A program made the position numbers and the translations under genes. A DNA stretch of 64,000 nucleotides from Candidatus Bathyarchaeota archaeon. Lineage in GTDB: Archaea; Thermoproteota; Bathyarchaeia; Bathyarchaeales; Bathycorpusculaceae. The notes beneath the pieces are model-generated. The model saw only the letters and a list, made by a program, of their open reading frames with translations, made no database searches and had not been told where the DNA came from. Positions 10,383 through 21,111 of the stretch are shown here, one piece after another; the stretch's first letter is position 1; every line of letters starts with the position of its first letter. The stretch covers positions 67,768 through 131,767 of the forward strand of contig CAVZKL010000018.1 in NCBI GenBank assembly GCA_963775895.1, read 5' to 3'.

Positions 10383-11453
10383 CTAAGGTGAATTAGGCAT
10401 CTTCGGTCCAGTAGATCTGTCTTTGTCGCTTTCTTTTCTCAGAGTTCCTTTCTTCACTCTTCGTGCAAGGAGGCCCAGAATTTTCTTTTCGTGACCTTTC
10501 GTAGGAATCCTTTTCGTTTCTAAGGCCCTTGCGACATCTTCTAGAGTTCTTTCGTTCGGGTTCTTGAAGAATCCTTCTTCGATGAGACTCTGGAAGGCAT
10601 GATGGGCAAGGCCACCCCACGTCTGGGGACCTTGGTTTCTTTTCGGTTTTGGTCGTGTTTTCTTCGCTGCTTCGAACTCTCTCTTCAGGTCGTCAAAGTC
10701 GGCGCCGACGATTTCTATGTTCTTGATGTTGGCTTGTCCGAGATTTCTTCTCGTGAATTCCTGTATGACTGGCATTTTCTGTGGGTCCATGCCTGCGAGT
10801 GTTGAGCCGACCGCGTCGACCGCGACGGCGTCTCTGCCTACGAGAACGATGTTCATTCGCGTTACAGGGCCGCTCCATCCGTGCCAGAAGTTTGTTCCGT
10901 CCATTACTGCGAGATCGATTCCTCCTATTGCCTCGTAGAGGTCTGCAAGTGCCGTGGGCAGTTTCTTGTGGAATCTCGCTTTTTTCTTGTCTGGAACGAG
11001 TCCAAACAGGTTTTTGAGGATGCTTCCTCTCTCGAAAGTGCGCAGGACGTGCGTGCTAACGACTACGTTGGGTTTGAATAGGATGTGTGAGAGGCTTATG
11101 TTTTCATCGGCGATTCGGAACTGTCGCGTTTCAACATCTTCTGAAAGGTTGAAAGGAACTATTTGTCGGGTGAAGAGTTGTTTCCAGATTTGAAGTCTTT
11201 CTGAACCCGTTCCCTTGTAATTGTCAGATTCTGCTAGAAAGATTTTGGAGGCTCTGTCAAAACTGCGGGTGATAGCATTTACCACGTCGATGGATGAATG
11301 ATGGTCCGTTTCATGATTGAACACTCCGACTTTGACGACGACCGGTTTTTTTTCATCGTTGAGGTCGTCGATTCCTCCGATTAGTTCAAGCCCACGCGCA
11401 AACGGGATGCGTTGATCTTCGTCGAACCGTATCACTGCAACTTTCGAGCCCAC
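10383..11453 (-). CDS. DUF362-domain protein
   Basis: LKNLFGLVP, AVMDG, RDAVAVDAV, GMDP...IQ...LG motifs. Confidence 0.75.
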   Translation of the reverse strand: MGSKVAVIRFDEDQRIPFARGLELIGGIDDLNDEKKPVVVKVGVFNHETDHHSSIDVVNAITRSFDRASKIFLAESDNYKGTGSERLQIWKQLFTRQIVPFNLSEDVETRQFRIADENISLSHILFKPNVVVSTHVLRTFERGSILKNLFGLVPDKKKARFHKKLPTALADLYEAIGGIDLAVMDGTNFWHGWSGPVTRMNIVLVGRDAVAVDAVGSTLAGMDPQKMPVIQEFTRRNLGQANIKNIEIVGADFDDLKREFEAAKKTRPKPKRNQGPQTWGGLAHHAFQSLIEEGFFKNPNERTLEDVARALETKRIPTKGHEKKILGLLARRVKKGTLRKESDKDRSTGPKMPNSP

Positions 11454-11616
11454 GTCATCTCCCCTCTCTGATAGAGGATTCGGATGGTTGGCACGGTGAT
11501 AAGGCTTTTCTACAGGATTGAATACGCTTGCGAAAAGTCATCTGTGAGGATTGATGTTCTGCTGTCTAGTACCGTGGAGGTTGACGGTTTTTCAGCCAGG
11601 TGTAGATGCGATAGGT

Positions 11617-11997
11617 CTAAGACTGTGGTATTTCAGTCGCTCCGATTTTGCTCTTGAAATCTTCGATAAGTTTCTTCATTTTTTGCTTTCTTTCTTCTTC
11701 CAGCTGTCTGTATATGGAAACGTACTTGTCCTCTCTAGGCGGCGGGACCTCTTCGGCATAGGGCCATTTAACGTTGATCTCGGTGCCGTTTTCTCTTTCC
11801 TTGAAAAAAAATTCGATCTCGAAATTCTTTCCCACCCAGCTGGGGCTGTACTGCACTAGCAAATAACGGGGGGACACCTCCTTCCGTACAGTTATGTTCT
11901 TCATGCCCACTTCATCTAAGGCTTCTTGAACCAAAAGAGAACAGTCTTGGATGGGCCTGTTGACCAGGTATTTACCTTGTAAGTATTTGAGGAGCAT
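11617..11997 (-). CDS. Hypothetical protein
   Basis: 126-aa ORF with protein-like composition. Confidence 0.55.
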   Translation of the reverse strand: MLLKYLQGKYLVNRPIQDCSLLVQEALDEVGMKNITVRKEVSPRYLLVQYSPSWVGKNFEIEFFFKERENGTEINVKWPYAEEVPPPREDKYVSIYRQLEEERKQKMKKLIEDFKSKIGATEIPQS

Positions 11998-12144
11998 TTG
12001 ATGATTTCCCGAGTTATGTAGTAGTCTTTTCTCTCATAAGCCTTGTTCGGGCATACACGTCGTCACGAGCCCGCGCGCTAGAATGAGTGGAGCCACTTCT
12101 GGATGTATAGAAGGATTTATACGCAGAAAAACTATTCCAGCTAA

Positions 12145-12399
12145 TTGGTGCTTGCTATGGTTGAAGCGCTAATTCTAGTTCGCACAGGTTCTGGCGAAAC
12201 TCTCAATCTCATGAAAACTGTTAAAGAGAAGATTCGCAAGATCAAAGGTGTTAAAGAAGTGTATGGTGTCTTCGGTCGGTACGATTTCGTCGTGATGCTG
12301 GAAACAAAGACAACCGTGGAATTGGGGAACCTTGTCACTGACTGCATCCGCGGAATTGAAGGAGTCGTGTACACAGAAACCCTCGTAGTCGGCTTCTAA
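12145..12399 (+). CDS. Lrp/AsnC ligand-binding (RAM) domain protein
   Basis: GVKEVYGVFGRYDFVV...IRGIEGVVYTET. Confidence 0.9.
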   Translation: MVLAMVEALILVRTGSGETLNLMKTVKEKIRKIKGVKEVYGVFGRYDFVVMLETKTTVELGNLVTDCIRGIEGVVYTETLVVGF

Positions 12400-12448
12400 C
12401 TCCTTGTACGCAGACTGGAAAATACAGTGACTGTAGGGCGCCTGCTTA

Positions 12449-13230
12449 TTATGACTTGGTTCCTCTGCAAAGGATTGCCCCTGTGCCAAATCTCAAACCA
12501 ACTGCTTTGATTTGTCTCACCATTTTGTCGTGAACAAGACGGACTTCGTTTCTCTCTGCCCCTCCATCTACAACAAGCTTCCAGAGCGAACGCTCGCCAA
12601 ACAGGTTTTTCGTCGTCCATTCAAACATCGAAACATCGGTCACTGTTGGCGGCTCCCTCACCATGACCTCTACGTTTCCCAATCCAGCCCTTTGAAATAG
12701 ACGTCTTCATATTATCTTCATTGAAAGGCACGTCGACGTATAGTTAGTAAAAGGCCCTTTTGATTTGAATAGGAATGCCTAGAAGTCCTCCAGGCTCTGC
12801 GACCACGACCCTTCCACCATGTTTTGCCACGCGCACCATTTCTCTCATCGCTTTTAATCTACGATTGTCGATCGATGCAATCAAGGACTTACAGCATACG
12901 ACATCGGCAAAATCATCTTCAACTGGAATACTGTAGACATCTCCAAATTTGAATTCAAGCGTTTGATACTGACTCTTTCTTCGCAGTCCTCCGTCTTGCT
13001 TGCCGGATAGCAGACTTTGAAATATCTAGGCCTATGACTTTTCCACTTTCCCCAACTTTTTCTGCTAGTTTAAACGCGAGGAACCCTGCCCCTGTTCCCA
13101 CATCAACTATCGTTTCCCCTGTCTTTGGTCCAATAAACTGCACTATACTATCAAGCAGTTGTTTGCTATGGTCTGGGAACTTCGGTACATTTTCTCAGGG
13201 ATTTTGTATGCAGATTCGGTCCAAGACATT
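12449..13230 (-). pseudogene. Class I SAM methyltransferase (UbiE/ArsM-like), multiply frameshifted
   Basis: IVDVGTGAG, KVIGLDIS, GDVYSIPVEDDFADVV, REMVRVAKHGG spread over several frames; ends approximate. Confidence 0.7.
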
Positions 13231-13417
13231 TAACTCCCTCTTCGAAAACTTGTTGAGCAAGCTTTTAAAAGTTCATCTGAAAGAAGTGACTTTCAATGCC
13301 TTCGCAGGCGCATCTTGAAGTGATTCATGAACCAGAAACGCTAAACCTCATTTCGGATGAAACGAGAAGAAACGGTGCGCGCTTTCGATTCACTGCGGTT
13401 TCGAACCTAAACCGTGC

Positions 13418-14410
13418 GTGCGGTGGAAAGATTTAAGGTCATCAGGCTCGTTTTGCTGTAATCTATCAGTGAGAAGTTTGGACTCGAGTCTGATGGGAGA
13501 GACAGCTGCTATACTGACCTCATGCCTCTGGACGGGCAGTTCTCTCCTTTTCACGTCGGCTGGCAGAAGAATAGGCTCATTCGGCGTAAACGCCTATCGC
13601 ACCACGATGGCCATCGGGCTACTGCTTGGCGCACACGTGATTCTGCTTGGCGCCATATTGCCCATTGCGAGCAGTGGACAATGGTTTTGGATGGGTTTGA
13701 GTGGAATCGTGGGGCTGGGCATCGGCGATTTCGGATTGTTCGCTGCGTACGTTACCATCGGTCCGAGGCGCTCGGTGCTCATTCAGTCCTCAGCCCCGAT
13801 ATTCGCGTTAGTGGGAGCATACTTGATGCTCCCGGGAGAGACGTTCAAACTGTTGTCGATCATCGGAATCGCGGTCACGCTGTCAGGCATTTTCGTTGTC
13901 GTGCTGGAAAGACAGGAAACGAGGGAAGAGAAGTCGGAAGAGATGCTTGCAGCCAAGAAACGAAGGAACCTGGGAATCTTTTTTGGTTTGATTTCAGCGA
14001 TAGGGCAGGGGTTCGGTGTAGTTCTTACGAAGAAGGGGCTATATCTTGGCGTAAGTGTGGCCATGAATCCCTTGTCCGCGGCGTTGATACGGATGCTGTT
14101 TGCAGGCGTCTTCGTGTGGGCATGCGTCGTCTTCGCGGGAAAACTGCCTGCACTGCGTAGCGCTTTGAAGGACAGAGAGGGCATGAAGTACACGGCCGCG
14201 GGCGCGTTGATCGGGCCGTTTGTAGGGGTGACGCTTTCCATGGTGGCTGTAGCCTACGCCGAGGCAGGCGTTGCTCAGACTTTGATGTCTTTGATGCCGG
14301 TCTTCATAATTCCAGTGATATGGGTGATCTATAAAGAGAAAACGAATTGGCGTGGAATAGCAGGAGCCGTGCTTGCCGTCGTTGGGGTTGCCATCTTGTT
14401 TCTGACCTAG
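13418..14410 (+). CDS. DMT/EamA-family transporter
   Basis: ~10 TM helices, SGIVGLGIGD; probable start ATG ~13493. Confidence 0.9.
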   Translation: MRWKDLRSSGSFCCNLSVRSLDSSLMGETAAILTSCLWTGSSLLFTSAGRRIGSFGVNAYRTTMAIGLLLGAHVILLGAILPIASSGQWFWMGLSGIVGLGIGDFGLFAAYVTIGPRRSVLIQSSAPIFALVGAYLMLPGETFKLLSIIGIAVTLSGIFVVVLERQETREEKSEEMLAAKKRRNLGIFFGLISAIGQGFGVVLTKKGLYLGVSVAMNPLSAALIRMLFAGVFVWACVVFAGKLPALRSALKDREGMKYTAAGALIGPFVGVTLSMVAVAYAEAGVAQTLMSLMPVFIIPVIWVIYKEKTNWRGIAGAVLAVVGVAILFLT

Positions 14411-14527
14411 CGCGTGCCGTGTCTGTGGCGAATTGTTTTTCCTGCGCGATATGAGAAGACATGGCTTGTTCAAAAAAGCTGATGCTTAGAGTATCGGTGA
14501 TCGCGGATTCTTATTCTGGGTTCATAA

Positions 14528-15028
14528 GTGTTATTTCACGCTATGATGCACGAGCGATTGATGAGCCCTACGAGGAAATATCTGGCGTTTTTCATTCTTG
14601 TCGGTGTCTTGTTAGAGGTTCTTATTTTTCCCGCAGAAGCCACTTCGATGAGCTTCACTGTTCAGGCCGGTCAGGAAGTGACAAAGCCTCTTGACCTTGC
14701 GGTTGAAGATCGCGTTACGGTAAAATTCACTGTGACAGGGCGGACTTCGAACGTGCTGGATTTCTATTTCACCGATCCTGATGGAAACGTCATTCAAGCC
14801 TTCAACGGAACGGGAAGCGTGAATTTCTCCTTCATCTGTTCAAAAGAAGGCACGTATGTATTGCACTTCTCTAACGTAGGCTCGTCGGAGGACAAGCTTG
14901 TCAGCTTGGACTATGAGGCTCAGCACTATATTTTCGGGATGCCTCAGATGCTCTTTATGACGTTGGTTGTCCTCGGCATCTGTTTGGTCATGATTGCAGT
15001 TTTCTTTTTGATGGGAAAACCTCACTAG
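14528..15028 (+). CDS. emp24/gp25L/p24-like (GOLD-like) single-pass membrane protein
   Basis: Signal peptide, beta-rich domain (LDFYFTDPDG...EGTYVLHFSN...KLVSL), C-terminal TM and short tail. Confidence 0.65.
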   Translation: MLFHAMMHERLMSPTRKYLAFFILVGVLLEVLIFPAEATSMSFTVQAGQEVTKPLDLAVEDRVTVKFTVTGRTSNVLDFYFTDPDGNVIQAFNGTGSVNFSFICSKEGTYVLHFSNVGSSEDKLVSLDYEAQHYIFGMPQMLFMTLVVLGICLVMIAVFFLMGKPH

Positions 15029-15171
15029 CAAACACTATGTCTCGCTCACGCCGACCAGACGGCATGAAACATGCGTTCAAACAAAAAAAGAGGAGCATTG
15101 GATTGGCGGGGTGATGCGTCTTCTTCGCTGTCTGACGTGCTTTTTGCGCTTGCTAAGGTGCTGAGATGAAC

Positions 15172-15426
15172 TCACTTCTTGTCTGTTCCAAACCACTTCA
15201 CAAGTTTCTTGTAGGTTTCTGGGCACACTTTTTCCTTTCGAGTCTCCAAAATACCGTCTTTGCGCATAGCTTCAAAAATCTCAGCCTTGGCTTCATCGAG
15301 CCACATGAGCATTGAAGCCAAACTCTCGTTCATGCTGGAACATGACTTTAACGTAGATACCGGTGGGAATTGCTCCAGTATCCTCTTGACTCGTTTTGCC
15401 AATTCTCCCGTTTCGTTCATATTCAT
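15172..15426 (-). CDS. Hypothetical protein
   Basis: 84-aa ORF with purine-rich RBS. Confidence 0.5.
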   Translation of the reverse strand: MNMNETGELAKRVKRILEQFPPVSTLKSCSSMNESLASMLMWLDEAKAEIFEAMRKDGILETRKEKVCPETYKKLVKWFGTDKK

Positions 15427-15656
15427 CTTCCGCCTTCGACTGTCATTTTCCTTCTAACTTTCTAAAGTAGGTTTCGCTCGACTCACGGTTTCAATGGTGC
15501 CCAAGGTTGCAGCGCGATTAATGGCACGCAATCGCTACAGGCAGGGCTAGTTCGGAAAAAAGTAGACCGCACTGTTCTTCTCTTTTGGGAATTCAAATTT
15601 TCAACCAACAAAAAGCTTCTTAAAGACTCTGAGCCACAAGTGGTATTGGTGAGCAT

Positions 15657-15968
15657 ATGCCACTCAAAGTCGAGGATGCGAAGAAGTACGATGCGTACGT
15701 AGAAGACGAAGTGAAAATTGTCAGTTTTCTCGCCAAAAACAAAGGGAACGCTTTCGCCGAAGAGGAAATAATGAGAGGCATTGGAAAGGCTCCGCCTGCT
15801 TACACCCAGGACGAGAAGGGTTCCTATTGGACGTGGCAAAATGTCGGCGAGTTCGCAGTTGGGGTGACCGAGGGCGTTTTGTTTAGGCAAACACTGGGCG
15901 AAATGGTCAAGAAGGGAAAGATAAGGGCCAGTGAAGTCGCCAGAAAGATCTACTATTTCATAGAATAA
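15657..15968 (+). CDS. Hypothetical protein, winged-helix-like
   Basis: IVSFLAKNKGNAFAEEEI...LGEMVKKGKI...YYF; GGTG RBS. Confidence 0.6.
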   Translation: MPLKVEDAKKYDAYVEDEVKIVSFLAKNKGNAFAEEEIMRGIGKAPPAYTQDEKGSYWTWQNVGEFAVGVTEGVLFRQTLGEMVKKGKIRASEVARKIYYFIE

Positions 15969-16122
15969 AGACAACGGAAAACGCGATAGAATATTTGTGG
16001 GGTTTTTTGCTCTGCCAAGATAGGAATATGCGTTGAGAGCTCAGGGCTGAGGAGAATTTCATACGTTGATTGTGCTCCCGATGACAACGCGGGCTTGTCT
16101 CTCGGGGATTGAAAAGTTATAA

Positions 16123-16500
16123 ATGCAAGATGTTGTCAAAATCCGTAGTCTAGGGAGATTTATGAGCAAAAAGAAGAAAGAAGCCAAGAAGACCGAGATT
16201 GCTCCCGCGACTGTGTGGGAATGGTTGGTGAATCCAGTTAGCGCGATCTACCACGATGGTGAGAAATACTTGATTGAAGCCCAATTGCCAGGAGTGAAGA
16301 AGAAGAACATTGAGATTGAGGCCGTTGAAACTAGTTTTTGCATCAAAGGTCATAAGAAAAACGTGCTGTATTCTGCTTGTTACAGCTTGGCTCATGAAGT
16401 GGACTTGAAGAAAGTTGAAGCAGCGTTCAAAGATGGGATACTGACCGTCAATTTGCCTCTGAAGAAGCCCGTAAAAACGGTGAAGATAGCAATCAAATAG
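16123..16500 (+). CDS. Small heat shock protein (Hsp20)
   Basis: AQLPGVKKKNIEI...AAFKDGILTVNLP. Confidence 0.9.
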   Translation: MQDVVKIRSLGRFMSKKKKEAKKTEIAPATVWEWLVNPVSAIYHDGEKYLIEAQLPGVKKKNIEIEAVETSFCIKGHKKNVLYSACYSLAHEVDLKKVEAAFKDGILTVNLPLKKPVKTVKIAIK

Positions 16501-16678
16501 CCTGAACAATCAACATCCTTTTTTCTCTGTACGTTGAGACGCGTAGAGGACGCTGTCTCTTCGGGCTAAAATTAATATTTTTGATTCTCCATTGTTAACC
16601 TAGCCAAGGTGTCCACAGGCAGTTACTTGGCAATAGACTTTCGAGTAACTGTGGCACTAGGCTGGCTGGCATGCGACG

Positions 16679-17278
16679 ATGGTGAATGGCAAACGAGGCA
16701 GACGAAGGAAACATAGCTGGGTTGAATTTCCTGACCTTGAACAGGATTCTTCACGTGAAGCCGTGTACCTGAGGTGGGTCAGTGTCAACAATCCCGCGTT
16801 GGCTCGATGTGCACATGATGGATGCCCACAATGTCGCGACAAGCGCTTCAGGCTCAGACATGACGAGAAATTCAACAACATACGTTTCTACTGTTCAAAC
16901 TGTGGTTATGAGACTTCATTCCACATAATACGCCCCAAACAGAGCTTCAGTTCGATAGAAATCTATGACGAACGAGGTATTCTTGTTGGCTTGAAAAACG
17001 TTGATGATCATCATGAAAAAACTAGCCGGGAGAACGCTGATTCGCGGGTGATGCTTTCTGAGCAGAAGCTGGAGTTGGGCGGTGAATGGTTCGACGGTGT
17101 TTCAGGCACCAATTCGCAGTCTCGCTATTTAACTCGCGAGGAAGTCCTGAAACGGATTGAGGATCGTAAGATGAAGAGATTGATGGAGGCCAACCTTGAT
17201 GAGATCGAAAGCATAGAACGGGATGAACGAGGCTCGAGTTTGAAACCTGAGGCTCAGGATGAGGATGTTGCGGACTGA
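16679..17278 (+). CDS. Zn-ribbon hypothetical protein
   Basis: CPQC...CSNCG. Confidence 0.6.
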   Translation: MVNGKRGRRRKHSWVEFPDLEQDSSREAVYLRWVSVNNPALARCAHDGCPQCRDKRFRLRHDEKFNNIRFYCSNCGYETSFHIIRPKQSFSSIEIYDERGILVGLKNVDDHHEKTSRENADSRVMLSEQKLELGGEWFDGVSGTNSQSRYLTREEVLKRIEDRKMKRLMEANLDEIESIERDERGSSLKPEAQDEDVAD

Positions 17279-17389
17279 TTTTCTGTAATATAGTATGAGG
17301 AAGAGCAGAAGCGCAATATCGCTGTTTCTTGATCTCAATTAGAGCTTTTGGCTTTTTTGACTAGCGCGGTCGTGTTTCCGCGCGGGCAT

Positions 17390-17938
17390 TCAAGAACCGA
17401 TTTTTCTATCTTCTTTTGATCGTTCTGGACGGTAGTATCTGAATAGATTGTATCTCTGCAGGCGTGGCCAACCCGTCTTCGCGTAAATCAGCTTTTCTGG
17501 ATTTTTCCTCAGCCAATTCATCATGTGGAAGAAGCTCTTCGCCTTTTTCGTGTCTCTCTCCTCTATCGGTTCATAACCCAAGTTTCTGATTTCGTCAAGG
17601 TAGGCTATTTCCGTGAGCCTCTGCGGTTCCCCCGTGACTGTGATTCTGTCAATCTGATCGTCGCCATACCTCTCCTTTAGTCCGTCCACAGCTTCGTCGA
17701 AGATGTAGCCTCTGCAGATTTGGATTTGTTCGTCTTTCTTGAGTTCAAGCTTATCGAGCAGGTGAAACACGATTCTCGAAGCTTCCTTCAGGTACTCTTT
17801 TGATCGGAATCGCGGATACCTGAAGTATTTGACGTCCAAGACGTCGTACGTGAATTCCTGAGTTTCGCAGCGAAAGGCGCCTATGACCACGCCGAAAAGT
17901 AGGTCACCTATGCCGGCATCATCGACAATTATCGTCAG
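17390..17938 (-). CDS. RNase H-fold hypothetical protein
   Basis: Frame extends upstream of the listed ORF to CTG 17938: LTIIVDDAGIGDLLFGVVIG resembles the RNase HII DEAG-x-G motif. Confidence 0.6.
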   Translation of the reverse strand: MTIIVDDAGIGDLLFGVVIGAFRCETQEFTYDVLDVKYFRYPRFRSKEYLKEASRIVFHLLDKLELKKDEQIQICRGYIFDEAVDGLKERYGDDQIDRITVTGEPQRLTEIAYLDEIRNLGYEPIEERDTKKAKSFFHMMNWLRKNPEKLIYAKTGWPRLQRYNLFRYYRPERSKEDRKIGS

Positions 17939-18318
17939 TTAACGCCATCCCCCTTTTGTGAGAGATAGATGAACCACACGCGCATTTATAAAAACGCCTC
18001 ACACGTGTCATGAATATTGTTTGTTTCTCGGATTTCTTGACGCTCACGCACGTCATGCTATTCTGCTGAAAGACCGACGATTGTCCAGACCACGACTATA
18101 TCGTGGGATAGTTGGGATTGGAATTGAGGATAAAGGGAGATGTTTTCGACAAAACGCTCTCTCGTGACTAGATGCTGCAGGACTCTTCGAGTCTTCTTCC
18201 CAAATGCTTGAAGCTGGAAAAAGGACCAAGAGTGGGCGCGCGAAAGTTTTAAGAGCAGTTTTCTTCATATACGACTTCAAGGTTTTGCAGAAAAAACAGT
18301 TGGAGAGAGGAAAAAGAC

Positions 18319-20280
18319 ATGAATGTGAAGAAATGTACAGCTTTGCTTTGCTTTTCAGTGTTGTTGGCAAGTTTGATGGCGGGTGGTTTGGGCAGAGTCC
18401 AAGCTCAAACATATCCGAGGGAACAGACGATGATTCTGGGCGGTGACACATCGTACGCCGGTATGGGCTTCAATCCTTACGGTCTCCCTGGCGGCACGTG
18501 CAACAGAGGTAGAGCGCTAACATACATGTCGCTCTTCTGGTACAATTGGACCAGCGGCAGCTTACAGCCGTGGCTGGCCCAAAGCTATGAGTGGTCCACG
18601 GATGGCTTAACGTTTATAATTCATCTGCGTCCGGAAGCTAGATGGCGGGACGGTACGCCCGTGACTGCTGATGATGTCGTGTTCGATTTTATGACAGAAG
18701 ATCAAAACGGGTCCTATCCCATAGAAAGCTCGATAATAGATTCAATAACGGCCGCTGACACCTACACCGTGCACTTTAATCTCGTGTCTGGTACCGAGTT
18801 TAGCAATCACGTGTTTTCGGACCTTCAGGACGTGCCAATCTTTGAAAAGGCAAGGTGGCAGCAGCTCCTGGCGAGCGCGAGCTCGAATTCAACGGATATT
18901 CTGTCGTATACGAACGAGAACTTTGACCAGATAGACGGTAATGGTCCGTATCTGCCAGTCTATTCGGATCCCAACAAGATAGTGTATCAGAGAGTCGATG
19001 ATTGGTGGGGCAATAGCACGTTTGGACAGCCAGCACCAAAGTACGTGATGATGATAAATCACGCTACGAATGATTTGGAGCAACGAGACTTCGACGCTGG
19101 CTCCGTGGATTGGGACGACAGTTTCTTCAGCGGAATCTCCAGTTACGTCACGAGCCACAGCAATGTAGTGGTCTGGAACAGAAATGATCCCAACGGAAAG
19201 ATCTTCAACACGGCTGGTGCCATATACATGGTTCCGAACATTAACAGCACAACCCATCCCGAACTCGGTCAGCCTTGGCTGAGACAGGCTGTGGCGTATG
19301 CAATCAACGTAAGCCGGATAATCTCGACCGCTCAACAAGGACTCGTCGTGGAAGCTTCTCCATCGTTCATCACTCCTACAGGACCAATGGCCGACCAGTA
19401 CATCGATCACGATTTAATAAACAAAACATACGGAGACCCGAACTACATTCCATACGATACGCAGAAGGCGATACAGATTCTGCAGCAGCACTGCAGCGGA
19501 AGTGTTAGCGCAGGCTGGAGTTGGAATGGGAAGCCTATAGGTCCATGGAATGTGTACAGCGTTTCAGGCTGGAGTGACGTCAACCTGATGAGCACTCTGA
19601 TGGCAGAAGATCTGCAGAAGATCGGAATAAAATTGAACGTGGACATCATCGATGAATCCATTTATGACGACCGCAGGCACGCAATGGACTTCGATTGGTT
19701 GGATTTCACCTCTTCGGTGGACAACTCACCGTCGCCTACATATCCTGTCAGCAACTTCGACAATCTGTTCCATGGGGACCCAACGTTGGACGTGGATCCA
19801 TGCAATTACACTACATCCGCGAACTACGAGGAAGTCTACAACTCGACACTGAAGATGTGGAACTTGCCAATCGGGAGCGCCGCGTCAATAGCAGCGGCCA
19901 AGCAAATACAGGCATTAGTCATGCCAGAGCTTCCGTACATCCCACTCTACGTTCAAATCCCGTGGAGCAGATACATCACATCCTACTGGACTGGATGGCC
20001 AACCGTTGACAATCGAGGTCCAGGACAGGGCGCTAGCTGGTGGGAACCAATCATTCCACAGGTGATACTGATGCTCAAACAAGCGCCGACAACGACGACC
20101 ATTGGCGGAGTGTCACCATGGGTCTGGGTCGGCGTTGGAATTGTCATCGTCGTCATCATCGCAGCTGTGGCGTTGGTCTGGACACGGAGAAGCAAGCCAG
20201 AAAGCTCGAGTCCATCTGCTGGAAGCGAAGCGCAAGATAAGGGGAAAGCAACCCCCACCTCTTTTATTTCTTTTTCCTAG
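18319..20280 (+). CDS. ABC oligopeptide/sugar substrate-binding protein (family 5), C-terminal TM anchor
   Basis: Signal peptide, PWLAQSYEWS, WRDGTPVTADDVVF, Thr-rich linker plus TM. Confidence 0.9.
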   Translation: MNVKKCTALLCFSVLLASLMAGGLGRVQAQTYPREQTMILGGDTSYAGMGFNPYGLPGGTCNRGRALTYMSLFWYNWTSGSLQPWLAQSYEWSTDGLTFIIHLRPEARWRDGTPVTADDVVFDFMTEDQNGSYPIESSIIDSITAADTYTVHFNLVSGTEFSNHVFSDLQDVPIFEKARWQQLLASASSNSTDILSYTNENFDQIDGNGPYLPVYSDPNKIVYQRVDDWWGNSTFGQPAPKYVMMINHATNDLEQRDFDAGSVDWDDSFFSGISSYVTSHSNVVVWNRNDPNGKIFNTAGAIYMVPNINSTTHPELGQPWLRQAVAYAINVSRIISTAQQGLVVEASPSFITPTGPMADQYIDHDLINKTYGDPNYIPYDTQKAIQILQQHCSGSVSAGWSWNGKPIGPWNVYSVSGWSDVNLMSTLMAEDLQKIGIKLNVDIIDESIYDDRRHAMDFDWLDFTSSVDNSPSPTYPVSNFDNLFHGDPTLDVDPCNYTTSANYEEVYNSTLKMWNLPIGSAASIAAAKQIQALVMPELPYIPLYVQIPWSRYITSYWTGWPTVDNRGPGQGASWWEPIIPQVILMLKQAPTTTTIGGVSPWVWVGVGIVIVVIIAAVALVWTRRSKPESSSPSAGSEAQDKGKATPTSFISFS

Positions 20281-20316
20281 CATGCACATCTAACGCGCGG
20301 TTCGTTCGGTTCGGTC

Positions 20317-21111
20317 TTAAATTTTCCACCTTTCATGAATGGGCGGCACGCTTGCAACAAGATCCTTCGTGTAAGGATGTTGTGAGTGGAAGATAACATC
20401 CTTGACTGCGCCCTGCTCGACTATCTCTCCGTTTTTCATTATCGCTATCCTGTCGCCGATGTAGTACGCTTGTGATAGATCGTGTGTTATGAATAATACT
20501 GACATTTTCTCCACCTGCTTCAATCGCAGGAGTTCGTTCAAGACTGCGACGCGAGTTGACGCGTCTATCATGCTCGTTGACTCGTCAGCCACTAGTAGAT
20601 TGGGATGGATAATCAAGGATCTCGCGATGAGCAATCGTTGCATTTGTCCGCCGCTAAGCTGATGAGGGTATCTTCCCATAATCTCATCTGGATTCATGCC
20701 GATTGTTTCCAGAGTAGACCTGATTATCTTCTTTCGTTCATCCTTCGAAGTAGACTGCTCCAAGAGGTCAAATGCGTCGTTCAGAGGCTTATCGACGTTG
20801 TAGAAGAAGTTGAACGACGAGTAGGGGTCCTGGAAGATAGCCTGCACTTTTCTCCAGTAAGCTTTCTTGTCGTAGGAATAAGCATCTTTGCCGTCGAGGA
20901 GGATTTTGCCACTGGTCGGCTTGATCAGTCTCAAGATTGCGTTGCCGACGGTGGTCTTGCCGCTGCCGCTTTCCCCTGCCAAGCAGAATACTTCGCTTCT
21001 TTCCACGTTGAATGACACTTTTTTTGCTCCTGTCACTTCGACCGTCCTGACGTAGCCTGAGGTGTACATCTTGGTCAGATCGTTGACTTCCAAAAGCTTG
21101 TTTTCGGTCAT
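20317..21111 (-). CDS. Oligopeptide ABC ATPase (OppF/DppF-like)
   Basis: GESGSGKT, YPHQLSGGQ, HPYT. Confidence 0.9.
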   Translation of the reverse strand: MTENKLLEVNDLTKMYTSGYVRTVEVTGAKKVSFNVERSEVFCLAGESGSGKTTVGNAILRLIKPTSGKILLDGKDAYSYDKKAYWRKVQAIFQDPYSSFNFFYNVDKPLNDAFDLLEQSTSKDERKKIIRSTLETIGMNPDEIMGRYPHQLSGGQMQRLLIARSLIIHPNLLVADESTSMIDASTRVAVLNELLRLKQVEKMSVLFITHDLSQAYYIGDRIAIMKNGEIVEQGAVKDVIFHSQHPYTKDLVASVPPIHERWKI

